DNA of 42,073 nt, taken from a virus (Duplodnaviria > Caudoviricetes). Location: the IMG/VR virus record IMGVR_UViG_3300025082_000016, positions 1 to 42,073 of that record. One strand, written 5' to 3'. Each line of letters begins with the position of its first letter. The first letter of the stretch is position 1. Shown here piece after piece: positions 28,643 to 35,302 of this stretch. The translations under genes and the position numbers were made by a program. The notes beneath the pieces were generated by a model. It was not told the DNA's origin. It ran no database searches and worked only from the letters and a program-made list of their open reading frames with translations.

Positions 28643-29139
28643 ACATCCTTTTTTAACAGATCACCAAGTAACTTTGTTTGACCGGATCTCATGCCTACTA
28701 CCTTTTTAGTTTTAGATCCTATCCCCAGTAACTGTTCATTAACAACGTACTTATATTTAAATCTTACTTTCTTTTCTAATATCACATCCGATAAATTACC
28801 CACACTAGTTTTACCCCCCAGTTCATTTAGGATCTGGTAGCTAACAGAATGGATCTGCGATTTATTCCATGACTCCCCAGTGGTTACCTGGATCACTTTT
28901 TTAAGATCCTTCATCACCTGATCAAAAGTAACAACCTTATCTTTTATCAGTTTAGTAATATCAGCTACTTTAGGAAAGAATTCACTCTTGCTCACCCATT
29001 CCCTAACAGCGTTGGTAACAGTAGATAACTCATAGATCCCCAGCTGGTCATAGTACACTCTCATTGTACCATCACTAAATTCTTTATTGTAGGCAGTGTT
29101 TAAGTAATGCATAACCTTTGTAAAGTCCTGTTTATTCAT
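28639..29139 (-). CDS. Replicative helicase loader/inhibitor-like protein
   Basis: M...DF...M..L..AY......VYY..L......V..AV.......FFP.VADI; directly after the initiator gene. Confidence 0.65.
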   Translation of the reverse strand: MNKQDFTKVMHYLNTAYNKEFSDGTMRVYYDQLGIYELSTVTNAVREWVSKSEFFPKVADITKLIKDKVVTFDQVMKDLKKVIQVTTGESWNKSQIHSVSYQILNELGGKTSVGNLSDVILEKKVRFKYKYVVNEQLLGIGSKTKKVVGMRSGQTKLLGDLLKKDV

Positions 29140-29905
29140 TGGCCCAGTCATCGTATTGCTTTTTATTTCTATTCCTTTCACTGGCCATTGCAATCATTCC
29201 ATTCCAGGTATTTCTTAACATACCAACATTAGGATTCTTTTTTGCAAATGTATCTTTCTTAATATATTCCTGGAAGAAGAACCCTATACCAGCAGCTACT
29301 GGATCAAAGCCATACTGTTTCTCCAATTCTTGGAGGATCTTCCCATCCTTCCCAAACGATGCATGATACTCTACGCCAGTATACTCTAGATAAAACTCCC
29401 CAAAGATGGACAGCAATGTTGGAGCGGCAGCTTCAACCACACCATTCTTAACATTCTTTACATTCTTTACATTCTTGTCTTTCTTTACATTCTTTAGTTG
29501 TGTCCGTTGGTTGTACTGTTTGCTGTCCGTTGGTTGTACTGTTTGCTGTCCGTCAGTTGTACTGTCGGTTGGCCGCAGATCCTGGTAAGTCCCGTAGTTG
29601 CAGATAGTTAGGTGTGTCCATAAGTGTGTCGATTTGCGTACCACCATTGTGTCGTTTTCCAGCATGTTGATGTACCGCCTAACCTTACCCCGGGACCAGC
29701 CCCATTGCTTGGCCAACTCTGCCAGGCTAGTGATTAATTCCCCCCGTTTGATCAATACCATTTGATCCTGGACCAGCCATTTTTTGGTCTTATGATTAGC
29801 CATCATAAGCAGCTGGATCCAGGCTTTTAGATACTCTGCATTAGCAAATATCCAGTGGTCCTTCAGATCCCTATGGATCTTAATCCATCCATGCTCTCTC
29901 TTCAT
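29132..29905 (-). CDS. Phage replication initiator protein
   Basis: GWIKIHR....HWI, LLM.ANH, I.RG..ITS...LA..WGWS..KV.R....LE, TICNY..YQ; internal iterons. Confidence 0.85.
   Translation of the reverse strand: MKREHGWIKIHRDLKDHWIFANAEYLKAWIQLLMMANHKTKKWLVQDQMVLIKRGELITSLAELAKQWGWSRGKVRRYINMLENDTMVVRKSTHLWTHLTICNYGTYQDLRPTDSTTDGQQTVQPTDSKQYNQRTQLKNVKKDKNVKNVKNVKNGVVEAAAPTLLSIFGEFYLEYTGVEYHASFGKDGKILQELEKQYGFDPVAAGIGFFFQEYIKKDTFAKKNPNVGMLRNTWNGMIAMASERNRNKKQYDDWANE
29442..29566. repeat. Putative replication origin: 9-bp AT-rich repeats plus 23-bp iterons
   Basis: ACATTCTTT-type unit x6 (29442-29495); TGTCCGTTGGTTGTACTGTTTGC at 29501 and 29524, with a degenerate copy at 29547. Confidence 0.75.
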
Positions 29906-29908
29906 TGA

Positions 29909-30133
29909 TCACTCTTCTGGTTCGGTTGGTTCGAACCGGTTACCATAATCTTCGGGATCTTCCTTGTAACCACAGTCTTCACATTTAATCCCAAGATCAC
30001 TCTCATCAGGTGTTCGGGGTCGTATGTATTCCTCAAAAATGACATTCTTTGAATCGCATTCAGGGCACTCTATTTGGGTGGATTCAGCGGTTGACCGTAT
30101 AACCCCGGTGAAGTGTTTTTTAAATTTTGGCAT
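29909..30133 (-). CDS. Small zinc-ribbon protein
   Basis: CPEC...CEDC; GGAG RBS. Confidence 0.6.
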   Translation of the reverse strand: MPKFKKHFTGVIRSTAESTQIECPECDSKNVIFEEYIRPRTPDESDLGIKCEDCGYKEDPEDYGNRFEPTEPEE

Positions 30134-30389
30134 TGTTTATTCTCCCAGTTATGTTTGTTATACAGGTGCATGGATTCCTATTACAAAGTTCGCACCTACC
30201 AACTTTGTCCTGTTTTCTTGTAATATCAATTGGGTTCATATCGTAGAATTCTTCATAATGGTATTGTATCGGTTCTGAATGTTCTTTACACTCACTACAT
30301 AGATCATTGTCTGGCCAACCTGGTGTAGCATATGATGCACCACAACAGTCTGAAACTTCTTCATCATCATGGAAAAAAATATTAACCAA
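30120..30389 (-). CDS. Small Cys-rich protein
   Basis: SDCCGA...CSECKEH...CELC...C.C; the start codon is uncertain. Confidence 0.55.
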   Translation of the reverse strand: MVNIFFHDDEEVSDCCGASYATPGWPDNDLCSECKEHSEPIQYHYEEFYDMNPIDITRKQDKVGRCELCNRNPCTCITNITGRINNAKI

Positions 30390-31692
30390 TTAAGACCATC
30401 CTAGCTACAGTTGGTTTAAAATTACCATATCTTGCAAATTGATTAGATTGCTCTTGATAATTAATATTAAATCCAATATCCGTAACTTTTGCAGCAAGTT
30501 TATCAAGATCAATAAAACGTCTATAATGATTATTATATATAAATTCATTTTCTGATAATTGAATACCCTTCCCATACAATTCATCTTTTGGTGTACGAAA
30601 CTCAAAAAACAAATAAGTACCTGGGCTGCTATAGCGATATAATTTCTGCATCAATAAGGTTTCATCCAGTTCCGTTAACCCATGTAAAACAAACCTACAA
30701 TAGATAATATGATAGCGGCCTATGCTCTTATTGATGAAATATATAATATCTGATTTAATAACATCAAGAGAAGCACCCTTTTTTAACAGATCACCTGAAC
30801 ATTCACTTACCGCACTATCCACAGCAGTAACATTTAATCCCTGCCTGATAAAATAATAATCATCTCTATTATCGCCACATCCTAGATCCAAGAGATCTAG
30901 TTTTTGTGGCAGTGCATTACCCATAGACTGAATATATTCGACAACATAATCCGCAAATAAACTTTGCCTATAAAGTCCACACCAATAATTCACATCAATA
31001 ACAGAAGGTACATGAGTATTTAAAAAAGCAGAGGACACCTTTTTCAGGTGTATTTTTCCTAAATTATTGTAGCTATGCTCCATGGCTTCCTTTAAACAAT
31101 ATTGACCATATAATCTTTTTAAATAATCTTCGCTTTTATTAAATATGTTAACAGTATAACCACCAAAGTTTCTAGTTTTCAATGGATAAATTTCATTATA
31201 AGAAATTTTATCTTTTTCTTCACAATATTTTTTAAAACCCACTGGACGGTAATATAACTCATCATCACCATCTCTAAATCCACGAAAAATAAAAACATCC
31301 AAATATCCTTCACCCAAAGCCTTTAATTGGTTTACCCCTGGGGATGATCTAGGTTTAGGAATGAGGTCCGATATATTCTTTTCTCTATAAATGCGTAAAC
31401 AAAATTGATCAGGTATATTTTTTGGCTTACCAGATTTTACCAAATTATAACCCCATCTATTTAATGCTCTAATAAATCCTGGCGAATTAACAGTTACATA
31501 ATCCTGCGGAAAAATGCAAACATCCGCATCTTCATCCCAGGGAATGATCCCATCATGTCTAATACATCCAAGCAATGACCCATAAGCTAAACTGGATATT
31601 ATACAAAACTCTTCACACAACTTAAACCAAACATAAATTACTCTATATAATTCGTTATGTCTGATAGAGTCACTCTTACACATCCTTTGCAT
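30382..31692 (-). CDS. LicD-family nucleotidyltransferase fused to a class I SAM-dependent methyltransferase
   Basis: N-terminal YGSLLG.IRH.GIIPWD.DADV, LDVF, YL..LYG; C-terminal LLDLGCG..RD, AVD.A, IYCRF.LH, HYRRF. Confidence 0.85.
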   Translation of the reverse strand: MQRMCKSDSIRHNELYRVIYVWFKLCEEFCIISSLAYGSLLGCIRHDGIIPWDEDADVCIFPQDYVTVNSPGFIRALNRWGYNLVKSGKPKNIPDQFCLRIYREKNISDLIPKPRSSPGVNQLKALGEGYLDVFIFRGFRDGDDELYYRPVGFKKYCEEKDKISYNEIYPLKTRNFGGYTVNIFNKSEDYLKRLYGQYCLKEAMEHSYNNLGKIHLKKVSSAFLNTHVPSVIDVNYWCGLYRQSLFADYVVEYIQSMGNALPQKLDLLDLGCGDNRDDYYFIRQGLNVTAVDSAVSECSGDLLKKGASLDVIKSDIIYFINKSIGRYHIIYCRFVLHGLTELDETLLMQKLYRYSSPGTYLFFEFRTPKDELYGKGIQLSENEFIYNNHYRRFIDLDKLAAKVTDIGFNINYQEQSNQFARYGNFKPTVARMVLIG

Positions 31693-31858
31693 CCTTCTTT
31701 TTCTTCACAGATGTTCCCACCCTTCTAGAGTGCAGGATCCTTGCCATAGCATGGCTACCTATGGGATCCTTTTCTGCATCGGCTGCTGCGATTGGAAACC
31801 ATTCTGAATCCCAGGCCACAGCTTTGCTCTCTGGGAACTTTTTAACTTCTAGTATCAT
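31676..31858 (-). CDS. Hypothetical protein
   Basis: 60 aa overlapping both neighbours. Confidence 0.45.
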   Translation of the reverse strand: MILEVKKFPESKAVAWDSEWFPIAAADAEKDPIGSHAMARILHSRRVGTSVKKKKDAKDV

Positions 31859-32114
31859 CCTTTTTCTCCTTACGTTGTAATTGGATTATCTTACATGCAA
31901 GATAGACACATGAATCAAGTAATTCCTCTAAAGTCTCCTGGATCATATCCCGCTTATCATCAACCAGTATCTCTTCTCCATACTTTTCAGCACCTGCAGC
32001 TAATCTCTTTTTAATTAGATCTATAACGTCTTCGTTAATTCTTTTCGCATCCTTAAACATATAACCTCGCCTATGTATATCATTAACCTTTACTGTATTA
32101 CTCCATGCTGGCAT
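31842..32114 (-). CDS. Small all-alpha NTP-pyrophosphatase (MazG-like) fold protein, putative
   Basis: RL..G.EKYG...D...E..EELLD..VYL acidic helix motif. Confidence 0.45.
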   Translation of the reverse strand: MPAWSNTVKVNDIHRRGYMFKDAKRINEDVIDLIKKRLAAGAEKYGEEILVDDKRDMIQETLEELLDSCVYLACKIIQLQRKEKKDDTRS

Positions 32115-32556
32115 TGTGTTCCTTATTAGGTAAAATAGTCCAAAATTTTATTGGTACATCATAGAAATATTCTCCTTCTGGCATAGAATTGTTTGGAACT
32201 TCAATTAAGCCACACTTTAGAATTGTAGGTGAATCACAAACCATTAAAGTATCCCACTCCGAAGATTTGACGGAATATTCCGAAGATACGATATGATGGA
32301 TCACCACCACATAATAAATATCTTTTGTTAAAAACTTTGTTTTGCGTTCTGGCACATGCACTGTATCATATGGCCAGTTTTCGGAATGTATGGTCCTACG
32401 TTCTACCTCATACCTTGGTGCCATAATATCTACACCATATTTATCAGGGTTTTCGATTGCTGCTACACCATGAGCACGTAGGTAATTTAGAACAACATCC
32501 TTACCGGCTGCATCATTAGCAGCATGGTTACCCGCATTGAATGGTTTGTGTTTCAT
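32098..32556 (-). CDS. Putative PD-(D/E)XK-like nuclease
   Basis: NPD.YG.D......EVE.R...VPERK.K; ATG at 32556 preferred because the upstream extension overlaps an RNA hairpin. Confidence 0.45.
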   Translation of the reverse strand: MKHKPFNAGNHAANDAAGKDVVLNYLRAHGVAAIENPDKYGVDIMAPRYEVERRTIHSENWPYDTVHVPERKTKFLTKDIYYVVVIHHIVSSEYSVKSSEWDTLMVCDSPTILKCGLIEVPNNSMPEGEYFYDVPIKFWTILPNKEHNASME

Positions 32557-32577
32557 ATCCGAGGTACGTGAAAGGGG

Positions 32578-32644
32578 AGCCAGGGCAAACTTATGCCATG
32601 TGGGAGCATGGGGAGACAAGACAACTAGAAAGCCTACCCTGGCT
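32578..32644 (-). ncRNA. Intergenic structured RNA element (cis-regulatory candidate)
   Basis: 15-bp stem AGCCAGGGTAGGCTT/AAGTTTGCCCTGGCT with G-U pairs, enclosing CCATG-CTCCCA-CATGG. Confidence 0.5.
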
Positions 32645-32655
32645 AAATACCCTTA

Positions 32656-32907
32656 TTAAAACGGCAGATCGTCAGCCGGTTGCTGCTGGGATTGTGCTGG
32701 TTTTGGTTCGTAAAATGATGCCCGCATGTACTTCGGCTTTGACGGATCCTTGGGTGCCTTTGGATATAGCCTGGCCCGCCAGATCTTTCCCGCAACATTA
32801 CAGGTCATATTTCCCCAGTAGTTATTTGAATCATCATCGCTTCCATTAGGGTCATATTCTTCATTCTTGAATATGGTACCGGTGTTCAGCTTGTGTTCGA
32901 ATGCCAT
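32656..32907 (-). CDS. Small SSB-like protein
   Basis: G.IFKN...YWG.....G......Y; acidic DDLPF tail typical of SSBs; AAGGAG RBS. Confidence 0.65.
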   Translation of the reverse strand: MAFEHKLNTGTIFKNEEYDPNGSDDDSNNYWGNMTCNVAGKIWRARLYPKAPKDPSKPKYMRASFYEPKPAQSQQQPADDLPF

Positions 32908-32913
32908 GGTTAA

Positions 32914-33870
32914 TTACTCCTTTGTTGTTTGTTTATGATAGAGATTGAATTCTTTCGGTGGTTCCTTCTTTATGGTTGGAAGTACATTTCCAGATTTGGT
33001 CTTGCTTTTCTCATGCCACAAATGACTAGCAGACAAAAACGCATCATAATTGTATGTCTGATACGTTAATGTGTAGGTGGGATCACCCCGGTAACTATCC
33101 TTAACATACAGTCCCGCAATGTAATCAATGGGTAACTCCGGATGTTCTGTCTCCCAGCCAAGTTTATAAGCCGAATTCTGATAAGCATGGGTTGGGTAAG
33201 GTGCTCCAGTTTTTAGATCTACCAGGATAAGGCTTTCCTTCTTTGAATTTTTAGCCTTCTTGAATTTCAGCAGCATATCCAATCTACCAGCAAAGGGTAG
33301 TTCAGGTGAATATATTGGATATTCTACTGCCACCGGTGTGGGTTTTTTATCTTTCCAGAATGCACAAAATGAAGCCAGGTATCGCCTGATTGAATGAGCG
33401 AACTGTTCTTCTTTATCGTAAAAGTACCGCCAGGATTCATCATTGGTCTGGATAATATGATTGAGGATCATATTTGTATTTACTGTGGATCCCGCAACTA
33501 GAGCATGCATCCAATAGTGTACATGAGATCCCCTTGTCGCAGCTGCATCTCTATGCCTTGGTGCCATGTGGCCAAGATTCCTATTCCAGAGATTAAACCC
33601 AGGTCCTTTATCCAAGACACTTAACTGGGTTGTAACACTAGGCCGCCAGTTAAGTAAATTAATATCTCCAACATTGTGATACCAACGCCCATTGGATAGA
33701 TCCTTATGGGTTATTTCCATGGTAGGCTGGATTAGAGTCGGACTCGTATCCAATTCCGGGACCGGCTGTGCTATTTGATAGCCCTGGGATACAAGAAGAT
33801 CCAACGCATCTTGGATACTAGTTCCTCTCTTTATCTCGTTATTACCTGATTTTGTCATTATTGTTGTCAT
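32914..33870 (-). CDS. PD-(D/E)XK exonuclease
   Basis: PSVTT.L, RGS.VH, VE, FAGRLD, LVDLKTG, Q.SAY; AAGGAG RBS before ATG at 33870. Confidence 0.85.
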   Translation of the reverse strand: MTTIMTKSGNNEIKRGTSIQDALDLLVSQGYQIAQPVPELDTSPTLIQPTMEITHKDLSNGRWYHNVGDINLLNWRPSVTTQLSVLDKGPGFNLWNRNLGHMAPRHRDAAATRGSHVHYWMHALVAGSTVNTNMILNHIIQTNDESWRYFYDKEEQFAHSIRRYLASFCAFWKDKKPTPVAVEYPIYSPELPFAGRLDMLLKFKKAKNSKKESLILVDLKTGAPYPTHAYQNSAYKLGWETEHPELPIDYIAGLYVKDSYRGDPTYTLTYQTYNYDAFLSASHLWHEKSKTKSGNVLPTIKKEPPKEFNLYHKQTTKE

Positions 33871-34400
33871 ACTATCTCCTTTTTTATTAAGCAACATCGT
33901 TTATATTTTAATCCACTCCCACAATAACATGCATCATTTCTCCCAGGCCTATTGAAATTATTTACTATTGTTGTAGCCTGGTTAATTGTTATTCCCCGCA
34001 AATGATCCATCTCATGCTGCATAATCACCGCAGCTTTTCCGGTGAATAATTGAGAATCCTTAAATTCATCACATTGTATCAACACTTCAGTGGACCGCCA
34101 TTTGTTTTTATAAGTGCCTGGAAAAGACAGACAACCTTCTCCTTTAAATAAATACATATCGCCTATTAATTTAATACTGGGATTGGTAAACGTCTGGTTA
34201 GTGATACTAACCGATTCATTATTCACATAAAACACTGTTTTGGGGATCCCGATTTGGGGTGCAGCCAAAGCATAGGCACAGCTAGACAAGTTGTGCTCAT
34301 CCCACCAAGTTCTCAATGCTTTATGTAGTTTTCTTTTTTCTGTCCATTTAACCTTCGTGATATTATCAACAACAAGCTGGTCCCGGATATCAAATTTCAT
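33867..34400 (-). CDS. def: Peptide deformylase with a C-terminal SEC-C motif
   Basis: ALAAPQIG, EGCLS, QHEMDHL; C-terminal GRND.C.CGSG.KYK.CC. Confidence 0.9.
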   Translation of the reverse strand: MKFDIRDQLVVDNITKVKWTEKRKLHKALRTWWDEHNLSSCAYALAAPQIGIPKTVFYVNNESVSITNQTFTNPSIKLIGDMYLFKGEGCLSFPGTYKNKWRSTEVLIQCDEFKDSQLFTGKAAVIMQHEMDHLRGITINQATTIVNNFNRPGRNDACYCGSGLKYKRCCLIKKEIV

Positions 34401-34444
34401 AATCTTTATGTGAGCCGCTTCTTGTCTAGTCTGCCTAGTCTGTA

Positions 34445-34609
34445 TCAACCAATGCCTCCCCTGGTTTTTATGAAATGCCTGTAACAATACCTTGGAATAG
34501 TTTCTTTAATGAGAATCAACCTTGCTTTAATCTTTTTACCACAAACCTTACAACCATGTTTACTTAATTTTGTATAAGGATAATGAACACCATTAAATAT
34601 TTTTCTCAT
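34445..34609 (-). CDS. Small basic CxxC protein (54 aa; not in the ORF track)
   Basis: ATGA overlap with the HTH gene; CKVC...CY.H. Confidence 0.55.
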   Translation of the reverse strand: MRKIFNGVHYPYTKLSKHGCKVCGKKIKARLILIKETIPRYCYRHFIKTRGGIG

Positions 34610-34791
34610 ATACTATTGACTGTTCTCTTTTTGGTTTTAAAGTCAGCTAGATCTTTAGAATCTATGCGGTAGGATCTATACCCCAAACGATATGCTGGCA
34701 ACACTTTGTCTTTAATGAGTCTTCGCACTTGGATTACTGACACAGATAGCTGGTCTGCGACCTGTTTGATAGTGAGTAGATTTCCGGACAT
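34606..34791 (-). CDS. Excisionase/HTH_17-family DNA-binding protein
   Basis: LLT...VA..L.VS...V.RLI....LPA.RLG....RI...DL..F; AGGAG RBS; first gene of the early operon. Confidence 0.85.
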   Translation of the reverse strand: MSGNLLTIKQVADQLSVSVIQVRRLIKDKVLPAYRLGYRSYRIDSKDLADFKTKKRTVNSI

Positions 34792-34866
34792 ATTATGCTC
34801 CTAATGTATGTGGATATATAATAAACATTACTGTAATGTATAAAACTTTCACCATATCTTCTACTT

Positions 34867-34969
34867 AAAAAAGGACCCACCAAGATATGCCTGCCTGCCC
34901 TCCGTGGTCAGCCTCTGCACCATGTGGGGAAAACATAGCAGCAGCAGCCAACTCCAACCCTGGTGGATC
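34867..34969 (-). ncRNA. ~100-nt structured leader RNA ending in a U-tract
   Basis: 13-bp closing stem GATCCACCAGGGT/ATCTTGGTGGGTC followed by CTTTTTT; internal long hairpin with a TTTCCCC loop. Confidence 0.55.
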
Positions 34970-34994
34970 TTGATGTCGCAAATTGCGACCTCAA
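34970..34994. promoter_or_regulatory. 25-bp near-perfect palindrome
   Basis: TTGA-T-GTCGCA-AAT-TGCGAC-C-TCAA. Confidence 0.6.
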
Positions 34995-35018
34995 TATACA
35001 GTCAATGAACAATAATAT

Positions 35019-35057
35019 TGTAGTAATAGTGTAGTATAAGTGTAGTTGGATTGTAGT
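35019..35057 (+). promoter_or_regulatory. Array of four TGTAGT hexamers at 11-bp period
   Basis: Copies start at 35019, 35030, 35041 and 35052. Confidence 0.7.
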
Positions 35058-35240
35058 GAAGTATGTATACTTATTGTATAAAACCAATTAAATTAGCATA
35101 CTTTTGATAGGGGAAACAAGCGTGTTACCCTTCGACAAAATATCATCCGAGGGAGAATCTCCGTCACAAGCTTATCAGGCGTGTTGCACGCTTTCCAAGC
35201 CCGTGCATAACCGTCAATAAATTGGTGCTATGTTGGTGAG

Positions 35241-35257
35241 TGTAGTTGGAATGTAGT
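35241..35257 (+). promoter_or_regulatory. Pair of TGTAGT hexamers at 11-bp period
   Basis: TGTAGTTGGAATGTAGT, 200 bp from the matching pair at 35041. Confidence 0.65.
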
Positions 35258-35291
35258 TAAAATGCGGGAGAGGTGAACAGCCCTCCCCCGC
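35257..35291 (-). terminator. Terminator-like hairpin at the end of the late operon
   Basis: GCGGGGGAGG-GCTGTTCA-CCTCTCCCGC followed by ATTTT, just after the endolysin stop. Confidence 0.6.
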
Positions 35292-35302
35292 CTGGGGCCA
35301 GC

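Noticed and set aside
32557-32619. N-terminal extension of the 173-aa ORF from a TTG start (similarly the extensions of def, exonuclease, loader and scaffold)
   Set aside because: Downstream ATGs fit RBS position or gene coupling better, and this extension overlaps a structured RNA element.
34800-35300. tRNA, tmRNA or SRP RNA in the large intergenic region
   Set aside because: No T-loop GTTCRA/cloverleaf and no SRP GGAA-tetraloop motif could be found by eye.
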